A stretch of 64,000 nucleotides of DNA from an uncultured Acidobacteriota bacterium (GCA_963796275.1 CAWCKY010000006.1:2400001-2464000); one strand, 5' to 3'. Positions 40,901-53,204 are shown, counted from the first letter of the stretch. Numbers and translations: made by a program. Notes: a model not told the origin generated them from the letters alone.

Positions 40901-41165
40901 AACCGATGGCCGGCGGCTGGAGTTCGCGTTTCGCCGGGTACTGGCGAGAAAACCTTCTGCGGAGGAAGCCGCCGAATTACTACGTTTGCTCGATGAGCAT
41001 CGCGCGCGATTTGCCGGCGGAGAGTTGAATCCTTGGAATCTGGTCACGAGCGATCCCGACAAGCCCTACATCTTGCCCAAAGGCGTCACGATGGAGCAGA
41101 TGGCAGCGTGGACGACCGTTACGCGCGTGCTGCTGAATTTGGATGAAGCGATTACGAAGGAGTGA
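37973..41165 (+). pseudogene. PSCyt1/DUF1549/DUF1553 cytochrome c protein split by a +1 frameshift near 39920
   Basis: The ORF 37973-39928 (CAKCH, HWAF, YGERWG, CAQCH) continues in ORF 39846-41165 ([19 protein letters not shown]). AAG GCG T CAG GTT GAC implies one extra T. Could be a sequencing error. Confidence 0.88.
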
Positions 41166-41169
41166 TGCG

Positions 41170-42594
<1,425 letters not shown>

Positions 42595-42604
42595 GATATT
42601 GCTG

Positions 42605-42696
42605 GCGAATCAGTACCGCGAGCGGTAGCGAGCGTGACTTCCGGAGTAAACCCTTTGCGAGAGCATCGCTCGCTACCGCTCGCGGTACTGATTCGC
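42605..42696. repeat. Free-standing REP doublet (30-bp perfect inverted arms), same core as MITE family A cargo
   Basis: GCGAATCAGTACCGCGAGCGGTAGCGAGCG (42605-42634) and its exact reverse complement (42667-42696). No TIR or TSD around it. Confidence 0.9.
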
Positions 42697-42785
42697 TGTC
42701 CGACGTCTCTTTCGAGCGAATCGCCTCCGCGCGCGTCCTGCATCAGTCCGTGCCGTATTTCCGAGATTTGGCTTATGGAGGTTTG

Positions 42786-45700
42786 ATGCTGCGTTCTCTG
42801 CGCTTAAAATTTTCGCTGCTGCTGTTCGCCTGTGGGGCGCTCGTCTGGTTGCATGCCAATCACGGCGACGCCCGCGCGGCGCGCGCTTTCAACCTGGAGC
42901 AATCCAAGCATGAAGCCGGCGAGACCGCATTGCGGCAGAGCTTCGATCAAATCGTCCGTCCTTTTCTGATGGCGCATTGCATAGCATGCCACGGCGGCGG
43001 TGCGCCCGCGGCCAGCTTCGATCTGCAACGCTACACGACCATGGAATCCGTGGTGGAGGATTTCGCGCATTGGGCGCTGGTGTCGCGCAAACTGGCCGCT
43101 CGCGAGATGCCGCCGAAGGAGATGAAGCAGCCGCCTGAAGCCTTGCGCCAACAAGTGATCGAGTGGATTGCGGCGGCGCGCAAGCACGAAGCGCGCAAAC
43201 ATTTGGGCGATCCAGGGCCGGCGCCGGCGCGGCGGCTGAGTAATGCTGAATATAACTACACCATCCGCGACCTGACGGGAGTTGACCTGCGCCCGGCGCG
43301 CGAGTTCCCGCTCGATTCCGCCAATCAGGCGGGATTTGAAAATTCGGGCGAGTCATTGGCGATTTCGCCCGCGCTGATGGCGAAGTATCTGGACGCGGCG
43401 CGCCGCATCGCCGATCACCTGGTGCTCAAACCGGAAGGCTTCGTGTTCGCGCCCGCGCCGATGGTGGCGGAGTCAGACCGCGAGAAATATCCGATTCATC
43501 GTATCCTGGCTTTCTATGATCGCCAGCCGACGGATTTCGCCGATTACTTTCAAGCGGCGTGGCGCTACAAATATCGCGCCGCTCTGGGCCAACCGGCGGC
43601 CACGCTGGCGAGCGTCGCCGCGCAACAAAAAGTGTCGCCGCGATATCTCGCCATGGTCTGGCAGGCGCTGGAACAAACCAAAGAAGACGTCGGCCCGCTC
43701 GTGAAGCTACAGGCGATGTGGCGGCAGTTGGCCGTAAATAAACCGGATGTCGCGCGCGCTGATCTTGTTAGAGAAGGCTGCGAGCGGATGCGCGAGTTCG
43801 TCGTGAGGATTCGCCGCCACACGGAGAAGCTGTTTCCCACGCTGGAATCCCCCGGCTTCAGCACTAATTTTCAACCCATCGTCATGTACCGCAACGGGCT
43901 GCTCGCCGCGCATCGCCGCGAATTCGACCCGGCGTCGTTGCGCGTGGCGGGCGAACCGCCTCCAAATTTCGTCGTGACGCAGGGGCCGCCCTTCGGGAAA
44001 AAGGAGATCGAGGAACTGAAAATCGCCATCGCCGCTTACATCAAGGAGCGGCAGGAAGACCCCGATCTGATCATTCCGGCAGGGGAACGCAGCGGTTACG
44101 AAGCCGCCTTCGCCCGCTTCAGCTCGGTGTTTCCCACGGCCTTTTGTTTGCGGGAGCGGGGGCGTTTTTATCCCATCACTTCGATGGACAAGGAGCGGTT
44201 TCTCGGCGCGGGGCTGCATAGTTTGCTGGGTTATTTTCGCGACGACACGCCGCTCATCGAACTCTTCCTCGATGAAAAGGCGAAGCGGGAGCTCGATACT
44301 CTGTGGCACGAATTCGATTTCATCGCCGATTACACATTGCGCAACTACACGCAATTTGTTTTCAGCGGCAGCGGCGAGGGCCGCACGCTGATGGTGGATC
44401 GGGAAAAGCACCGGGGCTTTGCGACGCAATCGGCCATCTATGCGCTGCGCGACCAGCATCTGGCAAAGACGACGCCGCAAACCGACCCGCGCATTTTGGA
44501 AGCCATCCGGCAATACTTCGACAACGCGAACAACAAGATTCGGCTGATAGAAAAAATGCGACTCGAAGCGGAGCCGCGCCATCTGGATGCGTTGTTGCAA
44601 TTCGCCGCGCGCGCTTACCGCAGGCCGCTCGCGCAAACCGAGCGTGAAGACATTCTGGCTGACTATCGCGGGCTTCGTGAGCAAAGCCGCCTGTCCCACG
44701 AAGAAGCCATGCGCGCTTCCATCGCCACCTTGCTGGTTTCGCCTGATTTCCTTTATCGCGTGGACCGGCTCGTAGACCGGGTGGATGCTCAGGCGAAAGT
44801 CGAAGGCAATGCCATCTCTCGCCCGCTCTCGGCGTATTCGCTGGCGAGCCGGCTGAGTTACTTTCTCTGGTCGAGCATGCCCGATGAAGAACTAAGCGCG
44901 CGCGCCGCCGCCGGCGATCTCAGCCAACCCGCTGTGCTGCTGGAGCAGGCACGCCGGATGCTGAAGGATGAACGCGCGCGCGGATTGGCGACGGAATTTG
45001 CCGGGAACTGGCTCGACTTCCGCCGCTTCGAAGATCACAATGCGGTGGATCGTAACCGCTTTCCCGACTTCACCAATCTGCTTCGGGAAGCGATGTTCGA
45101 AGAGCCGATTCATTTCATCATCGACCTTCTCCAGCACGACCGCCCGCTGCAGGAAATGTTGTATGGCAGGCACACGTTTGTGAATGGTGTGCTTGCACGT
45201 CATTACGGCATCGCCGCGCCGGCCGCGCCAGACCAATGGGTTCGCATAGATAATGCTCACGATTACGGTCGCGGCGGCTTGCTGCCGATGGCCGTTTTCC
45301 TGACGCAGAACGCGCCGGGGCAGCGCACCAGTCCGGTGAAACGCGGTTATTGGGTCGTTCGCCGCGTGTTGGGCGAAGTGATTCCGCCGCCGCCGCCCAG
45401 CGTGCCGGAATTGCCGAGTGACGAGGCGATGTCGCATTTGCCCGTGCGCGAATTGCTGGCGAAGCATCGAGAAAACCAGGCATGCGCGGCTTGTCACGCG
45501 CGGTTTGACGCTTTCGGGTTGGTGTTCGAGGGCTACGGCCCCATAGGCGAACGGCGCGCGAAAGATCTTGCCGGTCGCGCAGTAGATGCGCGTGCATCCT
45601 TTCCCGACGGCACGCAGGGCGCGGGGATTGCAGGATTGCAAAACTACCTGCGCGCGCGGCGTGAACAGGATTTTTTGAACAGCCTGAGCGAAAAGCTGCT

Positions 45701-45893
45701 GGCATATGGGCTGGGCCGCACGCTGCTGCTTTCCGATGAGCCGCTGCTCGAAGCGATGCGCGCCCGTCTCGCGGCCAGCGGTTACAAGCCGTCCGCGCTC
45801 ATCGAAACCATCATCACAAGTCCGCAGTTCACCAACAAACGCACGCCGGCTTACCAGTCGCAACGCGCACCACAGAAAGGAACCGAACGATGA
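42786..45893 (+). CDS. DUF1587/DUF1592/DUF1588/DUF1585 (PSD/PSCyt3) cytochrome c protein
   Basis: GGAGG RBS; CIACH; RRLSNAEYNYTIRDL; LASRLSYFLWSSMPD; TSPVKRGYWV; CAACH; LLAYGLGR. Confidence 0.92.
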   Translation: MLRSLRLKFSLLLFACGALVWLHANHGDARAARAFNLEQSKHEAGETALRQSFDQIVRPFLMAHCIACHGGGAPAASFDLQRYTTMESVVEDFAHWALVSRKLAAREMPPKEMKQPPEALRQQVIEWIAAARKHEARKHLGDPGPAPARRLSNAEYNYTIRDLTGVDLRPAREFPLDSANQAGFENSGESLAISPALMAKYLDAARRIADHLVLKPEGFVFAPAPMVAESDREKYPIHRILAFYDRQPTDFADYFQAAWRYKYRAALGQPAATLASVAAQQKVSPRYLAMVWQALEQTKEDVGPLVKLQAMWRQLAVNKPDVARADLVREGCERMREFVVRIRRHTEKLFPTLESPGFSTNFQPIVMYRNGLLAAHRREFDPASLRVAGEPPPNFVVTQGPPFGKKEIEELKIAIAAYIKERQEDPDLIIPAGERSGYEAAFARFSSVFPTAFCLRERGRFYPITSMDKERFLGAGLHSLLGYFRDDTPLIELFLDEKAKRELDTLWHEFDFIADYTLRNYTQFVFSGSGEGRTLMVDREKHRGFATQSAIYALRDQHLAKTTPQTDPRILEAIRQYFDNANNKIRLIEKMRLEAEPRHLDALLQFAARAYRRPLAQTEREDILADYRGLREQSRLSHEEAMRASIATLLVSPDFLYRVDRLVDRVDAQAKVEGNAISRPLSAYSLASRLSYFLWSSMPDEELSARAAAGDLSQPAVLLEQARRMLKDERARGLATEFAGNWLDFRRFEDHNAVDRNRFPDFTNLLREAMFEEPIHFIIDLLQHDRPLQEMLYGRHTFVNGVLARHYGIAAPAAPDQWVRIDNAHDYGRGGLLPMAVFLTQNAPGQRTSPVKRGYWVVRRVLGEVIPPPPPSVPELPSDEAMSHLPVRELLAKHRENQACAACHARFDAFGLVFEGYGPIGERRAKDLAGRAVDARASFPDGTQGAGIAGLQNYLRARREQDFLNSLSEKLLAYGLGRTLLLSDEPLLEAMRARLAASGYKPSALIETIITSPQFTNKRTPAYQSQRAPQKGTER

Positions 45894-47239
45894 ATTCATC
45901 TTCCAACCAATTCACCGGCAACCGAATCACGGGCACACAAATAACACGCCGCGCCATCCTGCGTGGGGCAGGCTGCACGCTGGCTTTGCCGTGGCTCGAA
46001 TCGTTTGCCGCGCGAGCAAAGGCTATGGGCGCCGCCAAATTCCCGCAACGCTTGGGCGTGGTCTTTCTCGGCTGCGGCGTCAACGAAGATCACTGGTGGT
46101 CTGAAGGTGAGGGCGCGGAGATGAAGCTGGGCAAATCGCTCGCGCCGCTGGAACCCTTGAAACACAAGCTCAACGTGATTCACGGCCTGTTCAACAAGTC
46201 GTCCGTCGGCTTGGGCGTCCATCCGCCGCAAACCGGCAGCCTGTTGACGGGCGCGACGCTTAGCAAGGGCGCGACGATTCGTTCTGGTATTTCGGTGGAT
46301 CAAATGATCGCCCGTCACGCCGGACAGGAAACCTTGCTACCGAGCATGGTACTCGCATGCGAACAGCCGATAACCGGGTTTCACGAGACGAATTACTCGA
46401 ATGTCTATAGCTCGCACATCTCCTGGCAGAGCGCCGAATCGCCCGTGCCCAACGAACTCTATCCTTCGCTGGCTTTCGACATGTTGTTCGAGAATCGCGG
46501 CAGCCTGCTCAACCTCGGCATCCTGGACCGAGTGAAAGAGCGCGCCGCGCGGCTGAGCCAACAACTCAGCGCGGATGACAATGCGCGGCTCGATGAATTC
46601 CTGACCAGCGTGCGGGAGGTGGAAATGCGCGTCGAAGGGATGCGCAAAGCAAAAGACAAAGCCGATGAACTGGCGCGCCTGAAAAATCGCCCCGTGTGGA
46701 GCATGGAGCGGCCCGTGAACGGTTTGCCCGAAGATTTGCGAGAACACTCGCGTCTGATGCTGGACCTCATCGCCCTGGCGTTTCAGACCGACAAGACCCG
46801 AGTCGCCACGTTGCTGATTTCGCGCGACCTTTCCGGCCTGGTCTATCCATTCCTCGACGTCAAACAGGGGCATCACGGCGCATCGCACTCCAACAACAAC
46901 GACGAATACGAACGCATCACTCGCTGGCACGTCAGCCAGTTGGCCTATTTGGCTGCGAAGCTCGACGCCATGCCGGAAGGCGACGGCACAGTGCTGGACA
47001 ATTCCTGCCTGCTGTTTCTCTCGAACCTGTGGATTGGCCGATCGCACAATAACACGCGGTTACCCATGGCGCTCGTCGGCGGACTCGGCGGCGCGCTGCG
47101 GACAGGCCGCACCCTGGATTACGTCAAAGCCGGCGACGATCGCCGCAAGGCGTGCAGCCTTTATCTGTCGTTGATGGATCGCATGGGGATCAATTTGGAG
47201 CGGTTCGGCGACGCCGATACCCGCCTCGAAAATCTTTGA
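45890..47239 (+). CDS. DUF1552 (HXXSHH) family protein, Tat-exported
   Basis: TRRAILRG..LALPWLES; SVDQ; LAFQTDKTRV; HHGASH; GTVLDNS. ATGA overlap with the upstream gene. Confidence 0.92.
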   Translation: MNSSSNQFTGNRITGTQITRRAILRGAGCTLALPWLESFAARAKAMGAAKFPQRLGVVFLGCGVNEDHWWSEGEGAEMKLGKSLAPLEPLKHKLNVIHGLFNKSSVGLGVHPPQTGSLLTGATLSKGATIRSGISVDQMIARHAGQETLLPSMVLACEQPITGFHETNYSNVYSSHISWQSAESPVPNELYPSLAFDMLFENRGSLLNLGILDRVKERAARLSQQLSADDNARLDEFLTSVREVEMRVEGMRKAKDKADELARLKNRPVWSMERPVNGLPEDLREHSRLMLDLIALAFQTDKTRVATLLISRDLSGLVYPFLDVKQGHHGASHSNNNDEYERITRWHVSQLAYLAAKLDAMPEGDGTVLDNSCLLFLSNLWIGRSHNNTRLPMALVGGLGGALRTGRTLDYVKAGDDRRKACSLYLSLMDRMGINLERFGDADTRLENL

Positions 47240-47374
47240 TCTCGCGTGGCCCGCGCCGCGCCTGTTCTCCTGACTTTCACGGACCGCGACTATTTGAATC
47301 GCATGATGACCATGACCAACCAGGTCGCGATAGCGCCTATGGTTTTTGAGATGAGCCGATTTCTCGTGTGAATT

Positions 47375-49147
47375 ATGAAAAGGACTGCTTACCAGACGCT
47401 ACTGATCTGCGTGGCGTTTGTCACCGCGACAAATCTGACTGCCGGCGTTCACGCGCAGCCCGCGAGAGGGAAGCCGAACGTCATCATCATCCTTTCAGAC
47501 GATCAGGGATACGGCGACATGTCGGCGCACGGCAACCCTGTGCTCAGGACACCCAATCTCGACCGGCTGCGCGGCGAGAGCGTCAGGCTGACCGACTTTC
47601 ACGTGGCGCCGATGTGTACGCCGACGCGTGGGCAATTGCTGACCGGCGTGGACGCGCTGCGCAACGGCGCGACCTCGGTGACGGCGGGACGCTCGCTGCT
47701 GCGGCCGGGCATTCCGACGATGGCCGAAATCTTCAAGGCCAGCGGCTATCGGACGGGCATCTTCGGCAAATGGCATCTGGGCGATTCGTGGCCGAATCTG
47801 CCGCAGCATCGCGGCTTTGATGAATCGGTCTATCACATCGGCTGGGGTGTTTCGTCGTTGGCCGCGACGTGGTTGAACGACAACTTCGACGATTTCTTCT
47901 TTCACAACGGCAAGCTCGAAAAGTATCCCGGTTACTGCACCGACGTCTGGTTCGATCAAAGCATGAAGTGGATAAAGGAACGTCAAATGCGCAACGAGCC
48001 ATTCTTCGTGTACCTGCCGACCAATGCGCCGCACGGACCGCAGTGGGTGGCCGACAAATACAAGAAGCCTTATGAAGGGAAAGGGCCGGCCCGCTTTTTT
48101 GGGATGATCGCGAACCTAGACGAGAACATGGGAAGGCTTGATGAGTTTCTGCGCGCGAGCGGCCTCTACGACGATACGATCGTGATCTTCATGAACGACA
48201 ACGGCGGCACGACAGGGGTCAACACGTTCAACGCCGGGATGCGCGACCGCAAAACGAGTTATTACGAAGGCGGGCATCGCGCGATCTGTTTTCTGCGCTG
48301 GCCGATGGGCGACTTACGCGCGGCGGGCGATGTTGACGCTTTGACCGAAGTACAAGACTTGTTGCCGACCTTGATTGATCTGCTTGCTTTGCGCGCGCCG
48401 AAGGAAGCGAAGTTCGACGGCGTGAGCCTGGCCGCTCTGCTGCGCGGCAAAACCGACCGGCTACCCGCTCTGCGAGATCGCATCCTGGTTGTGCAGTACG
48501 GCCAGACGCCCGCCAAATATCAAGCGGCGGTGATGTGGAACAAATGGCGGTTAGTCAATGGGACGGAGCTTTATGACCTGAAGACCGATCCCGGACAGCA
48601 ACACAACGTCGCTGCCGAACACGCTGATGTTGTGAAAAAACTGCGCACACATTATGACGGCTGGTGGGAAGATGTCGGGCCGCGTGTGGCGGAGTTTGTG
48701 CCTATTGTCATCGGTGCGCCCCAAGAGAACCCGGTACGTTTGACGGCGGTGGATTGGGCGGATGTTTATTGTGACAATACCGTCAACTGCTTGCTCCCCG
48801 GCGCCAACAAAAATGGACCGTGGACGGTGGAGATCGCGCGCAACGGACGCTACGAATTCGCGCTGCGCCGCTGGCCGGTGGAAGCAGATGCCGAGCTCAC
48901 GGCAGGCATGCCCGCCGTTAAGTTGACCGATGGCCAATACCCTGAAGGTAAAGCGATACCCATCGCCAAAGCGCGGTTGAAGATCGGCGATTACGACCAG
49001 ACGCTGCCGGTGAGGGCAAACGACAAGGCCGTCACCTTCATCCTTCCACTAAGGTCGACCGCGAAAACGCGCATGCAGACCTGGTTCTATGACGCGCAAG
49101 GCAAAGAATTGAGCGGCGCATATTTCGTCTATGCGCGCCGTCTGTGA
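47375..49147 (+). CDS. Arylsulfatase (S1) with C-terminal beta-sandwich extension
   Basis: PNVIIILSDDQGYGD, CTPTR, GKWHLG, APH, NDNG; ~140 aa C-terminal extension. Confidence 0.95.
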   Translation: MKRTAYQTLLICVAFVTATNLTAGVHAQPARGKPNVIIILSDDQGYGDMSAHGNPVLRTPNLDRLRGESVRLTDFHVAPMCTPTRGQLLTGVDALRNGATSVTAGRSLLRPGIPTMAEIFKASGYRTGIFGKWHLGDSWPNLPQHRGFDESVYHIGWGVSSLAATWLNDNFDDFFFHNGKLEKYPGYCTDVWFDQSMKWIKERQMRNEPFFVYLPTNAPHGPQWVADKYKKPYEGKGPARFFGMIANLDENMGRLDEFLRASGLYDDTIVIFMNDNGGTTGVNTFNAGMRDRKTSYYEGGHRAICFLRWPMGDLRAAGDVDALTEVQDLLPTLIDLLALRAPKEAKFDGVSLAALLRGKTDRLPALRDRILVVQYGQTPAKYQAAVMWNKWRLVNGTELYDLKTDPGQQHNVAAEHADVVKKLRTHYDGWWEDVGPRVAEFVPIVIGAPQENPVRLTAVDWADVYCDNTVNCLLPGANKNGPWTVEIARNGRYEFALRRWPVEADAELTAGMPAVKLTDGQYPEGKAIPIAKARLKIGDYDQTLPVRANDKAVTFILPLRSTAKTRMQTWFYDAQGKELSGAYFVYARRL

Positions 49148-49160
49148 GAGAAGTATTTCA

Positions 49161-49304
49161 ATGCGACGGCTAGATTCGACAAGTGAGCGCAGACAGATGG
49201 GGGCCTCGGAGCAAACTGGGCAGCTGGACAAAACTGTCGCCAACTTCACAAACGACAAAGGCGCGGATGAGCGTTTTAACTTAAAGCCGATCCTGATGTT
49301 CTGA
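49161..49304 (+). pseudogene. Tiny collapsed sulfatase relic (47 aa)
   Basis: ASEQTGQLDKTVANFTNDKG matches the sulfatase 'LEETGQLDNTIVIFTSDNG' motif. It is followed directly by ADERFNL (DPxExxNL-like). Confidence 0.5.
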
Positions 49305-49382
49305 AGAACCCGATAAGAATCCGGGGCAACCGGCGCTCAGGGATGAAACAGGAAAACTCAAACGATTGGTCAAGGAGACCCA

Positions 49383-50945
49383 GTGAGGCAATTTCACCCG
49401 ATTCGACTTATTTTCGTCATCGCGTTGTCGCTGGTTTTCGCGTGCCAGGCTCTTGCCGTTCAGGCGCAGACTGGGCAACGTTCGCTGCAATTAGCGCGCA
49501 TCCCGAATGCCAAACCGCGCAACATCATTTTCATTCTCACGGACGATCATCGTTATGACGCGCTCGGATTTCTGAAGGGACAATCCTTCATCGAAACGCC
49601 GAGCCTCGACGCGATGGCGCGTAACGGCGTCTATCTCAAGAATGCATTTGTGACGACGGCGCTTTGTTCGCCATCGCGTGCCTCGATTCTGACCGGGCTC
49701 TATGCGCATCAGCATCGCGTTGTGGATAACAACAATCCGGTCTCGGACGACCTGTTTTTCTTTTCGCAATACCTGCAAAAGGCCGGGTACGAAACCGCTA
49801 TGATCGGCAAATGGCACATGGGCGGTGAGAAAGATGATCCGCAGCGTGGCTTTGACCACTGGGTCAGTTTCAAAGGGCAAGGAACATATTTTCCGAGCGC
49901 CAATGGCCTCAATATCAACGGTAAGCGCATCCCGCAAAAAGGATATATCACTGACGAATTGACTGATTACGCGCTGGAATGGCTCGGCAGCCGCAAGGGC
50001 GCCCGGCCGTTCATGCTTTATCTGTCGCATAAGGGTGTGCATTCCGAGTTCCTTCCGGCCGAGCGCCACAAAGGTCGGTACAAAGACAAAACATTTGTCG
50101 AACCTCGAACCATGAACCCCGACAACGTCAAGGATGCGCCGATGTGGGCGCGCAATCAGCGTAACAGTTGGCACGGCGTTGACTTTCCTTACCACAGCGA
50201 CCTCAACATCGCGGAGTATTACAAGCGGTACGCCGAGACATTGCTGGGCGTGGATGACAGCGTGGGCCGGGTGATGGATTGGCTGAAGCAGAAAGGGCTG
50301 TTGGATTCGACCCTGGTGATTTACATGGGCGACAACGGCTTCGCCTTCGGCGAACACGGCTTGATCGACAAGCGAACGGCTTACGAAGAGTCGATGCGCG
50401 TGCCGATGCTGATGCAGTGCCCGCAGCTCTTCAAAGCCGGTTCAACTGTCGAACAGGTCGTCGCCAACATAGACATCGCGCCCACGATTCTGGAAGCCGC
50501 CGGGCTTCAGACGCCGAAACACATGGCCGGAAAAAGCATCATCGCTCCAGCGCAGGGCAAGACCACGGGGCGGCGCGAGTCGCTGTTATACGAGTATTAC
50601 TGGGAGCGAAACTTTCCGCAGACGCCGACCATCCACGCGTTGCGCGGCGACCGCTACAAATACATTCACTATCACGGAATCTGGGATACGGATGAGTTGT
50701 ACGACCTGCAAGCCGATCCGCTGGAAACGACCAATCTGATCTTCAGTGAGGAGCATCAGGCGATGATCAAGCAGATGAATCGGCGGCTATTCGAGGCGCT
50801 CAATGAGAGCGCGGGGATGTATATTCCTCTCTATCCCGATCGCGGCGGCGTCAACCGGCTGAGGCGAAAAGGCGGCGCCAAAAACGCTGATTTCCCGCCA
50901 GAGTTCCTGCGGGAGAAAAACGTGGCGAACCCTCGAAACAAATGA
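49383..50945 (+). CDS. Sulfatase (S1, GlcNAc-6-sulfatase/mucin-desulfating-like)
   Basis: AAGGAG RBS with GTG start; NIIFILTDDHR, CSPSR, GKWHMG, GDNGFAFGEHG. Confidence 0.95.
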   Translation: MRQFHPIRLIFVIALSLVFACQALAVQAQTGQRSLQLARIPNAKPRNIIFILTDDHRYDALGFLKGQSFIETPSLDAMARNGVYLKNAFVTTALCSPSRASILTGLYAHQHRVVDNNNPVSDDLFFFSQYLQKAGYETAMIGKWHMGGEKDDPQRGFDHWVSFKGQGTYFPSANGLNINGKRIPQKGYITDELTDYALEWLGSRKGARPFMLYLSHKGVHSEFLPAERHKGRYKDKTFVEPRTMNPDNVKDAPMWARNQRNSWHGVDFPYHSDLNIAEYYKRYAETLLGVDDSVGRVMDWLKQKGLLDSTLVIYMGDNGFAFGEHGLIDKRTAYEESMRVPMLMQCPQLFKAGSTVEQVVANIDIAPTILEAAGLQTPKHMAGKSIIAPAQGKTTGRRESLLYEYYWERNFPQTPTIHALRGDRYKYIHYHGIWDTDELYDLQADPLETTNLIFSEEHQAMIKQMNRRLFEALNESAGMYIPLYPDRGGVNRLRRKGGAKNADFPPEFLREKNVANPRNK

Positions 50946-50964
50946 ATTGCTCCCGGAGACCGGA

Positions 50965-51460
50965 ATGCGTAAAAACTCCAAATTGATAATTACTATGCTG
51001 TTTTTACTGCTGACGCCGTCCGGTCAGGCGCAACAGCAGCCGGCGCAAGGTCCAAATCCGGCATCGTTGCCGGGAGAGGTGCCGCAGGGTTATCAAACCA
51101 TAGGCGAGACCAACCGCTACCTGCACGTTTTACCAACGGTTGATCGGGAAACGAAGGCGCAGCCGGCCGCGCGCCGTCCCATCGTCCTGTTGATCATCAC
51201 GGACGATCAGGGCTACGGTGATCTATCGCTACACGGGAATGAACAGATCAGAGAACCGGTCGAAACGGATGCTCTCGCGCCCAGCTGATCCAGCGCCCAC
51301 GGAAGTTTACCAAATGGAATGGGCGACATTGCGGGCCGGGGTTCTGACGCTGTCGCAAGGCAGGACAAAACTGACGTTGCGTGCTTTGGCGAAACCCGGC
51401 GAGGCAGTCATGGATCTGAAATCCGTTAATGTTGAAACAGATCGAGTGATTGGAGCTTAA
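50965..51460 (+). pseudogene. Internally deleted arylsulfatase relic
   Basis: Signal peptide and RPIVLLIITDDQGYGDLSLHGN, then an abrupt out-of-frame jump near 51240 to a C-terminal-type segment (EVYQMEWATL..GVLTLSQG...VMDLKSV). Confidence 0.8.
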
Positions 51461-51462
51461 CG

Positions 51463-53151
51463 ATGGAGACGAGAAAAGTTTACGATGCGGTCATTGTCGG
51501 ATCGGGCGCCGCTGGCGGTATGGCGGCCTATATGCTGACCAAAGCAGGGATGAAAGTCCTGGTGCTGGAGGCCGGTCCGAAGCTCGACCTCTACAATGAC
51601 TTCAAAACGCACGTCTGGCCATACGAAGAAAAATATCGTGGAAGCATATCGCCGCGCGACGAGCACAATTACAAGTACGGTTTCGCCAATGGATACACAA
51701 CGCACATTTACGCGCGGCTGGATGAAAATCCATATTCAACACCGAAAGACAAACCTTTCGACTGGGTGCGCGCCAGGGCTGTCGGTGGACGCACGCTGGT
51801 CTGGGGGCGAGTCGCGTTGCGTTTGAGCCAGTTCGATTTCAAGGCAGCTTCGCATGACGGATACGGCGATGACTGGCCCATCTCCTACGATGACCTCAAG
51901 CCTTACTACGACGACGTAGACCGACTGATCGGCGTAATGGGAACCATGGAAGGCTTGCCGCAATTGCCCGACGGAATTTTCCAAAAACCGCAGCCGATGT
52001 TATGCGGCGAGCGGATTTTGCAACAGGGCGTGGAGAAAACCGGCCGCCGCCTGATCCCAACCCGCGCGGGAGTGATCAGCGAAAAGCTGGCGCGTAATAA
52101 GTACCGCGCTGCCTGTCATTATTGCGGGACATGCGGCAGAGGCTGCGATGTCGGCGCGATGTTCAATTCGCCTACCGGATTGCTGGCCCCGGCGAACGAC
52201 ACCGGTAATCTGACGCTGCGTTCGGATGCAGTAGTTCGCGAAGTTTTGATTGATCCGAAAACCGGCAAAGCCAGAGGGGTAAGTTTTGTCGATCGCAAGA
52301 CAAAGCGTGATTACGAGGCGTATGGCAAGGTCGTCATCCTCGGCGCGTCGACGTTGGAATCCACGCGCATCATGCTCAATTCCAAATCGCGCTTTTATCC
52401 CGATGGGCTGGCTAATTCGAGCGGCACGCTGGGGCGTTATCTGCACGACCACACCTGGGGCGTTAGTTTCACCGGCCTGGCGCAACAGTTGAAAGGCCGC
52501 GAAATCGTTAACGAAGATGGGCGTCCGCAGGGAACTTACATCCCGGCTTTCAGGAATCTGGACAAGGTATCGAAACGGTCGAAATACATTCGCCGCTTTG
52601 GTTATCAGGCGGGCAGCGGCGCGGGCATATTTCCCGGCCACGCGAAGTTGTTGCCGGGCCTCGGCGCAGATTTCAAAAGGGAAGTAATGGCCTGGCATCC
52701 CGCTATCGTGCGGATGAGCGCTTTCGGCGAGGTCCTTGCGCGCCGAGAAAATCACGTCTCGATTGATCCTAACCTGAAAGACGCCTGGGGCATTCCGGCT
52801 CTCAAAATCGACATCGATTACGGCGACAATGAACGCGATTTGACCGGCGATGCAATTGAGTGCGCGCGCGAGATGTTCGACACAGCGGGCATTGAGATGA
52901 TCTCCGAAAACCTTGAGATGTTCCCGCCGGGTCACAGCATCCACGAAGTGGGAACCGCGCGCATGGGCGATGATCCCAAAACTTCCATCCTGAATAAATT
53001 CAATCAGTCGCACGATATCAAAAACCTGTTTGTCGTGGATGGGAGCTGTTTCGTTTCGAGCGGCTGCGTGAATCCGACGCTGACGATTCTGGCGCTGGCA
53101 ATGAGGGCCAGCGATTATTTGATCGATGGATACAAGCGCGGCGAGATCTGA
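51463..53151 (+). CDS. GMC-family oxidoreductase
   Basis: VIVGSGAAGG, VGGRTLVWGR, CHYCGTCGRGC, HEVGTARMG, VNPTLT. Confidence 0.94.
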   Translation: METRKVYDAVIVGSGAAGGMAAYMLTKAGMKVLVLEAGPKLDLYNDFKTHVWPYEEKYRGSISPRDEHNYKYGFANGYTTHIYARLDENPYSTPKDKPFDWVRARAVGGRTLVWGRVALRLSQFDFKAASHDGYGDDWPISYDDLKPYYDDVDRLIGVMGTMEGLPQLPDGIFQKPQPMLCGERILQQGVEKTGRRLIPTRAGVISEKLARNKYRAACHYCGTCGRGCDVGAMFNSPTGLLAPANDTGNLTLRSDAVVREVLIDPKTGKARGVSFVDRKTKRDYEAYGKVVILGASTLESTRIMLNSKSRFYPDGLANSSGTLGRYLHDHTWGVSFTGLAQQLKGREIVNEDGRPQGTYIPAFRNLDKVSKRSKYIRRFGYQAGSGAGIFPGHAKLLPGLGADFKREVMAWHPAIVRMSAFGEVLARRENHVSIDPNLKDAWGIPALKIDIDYGDNERDLTGDAIECAREMFDTAGIEMISENLEMFPPGHSIHEVGTARMGDDPKTSILNKFNQSHDIKNLFVVDGSCFVSSGCVNPTLTILALAMRASDYLIDGYKRGEI

Positions 53152-53204
53152 TCCGATGGTCAGCGGACTTATCAACAAAAAACTCGAGTGAACAACGGAG
53201 AAAC

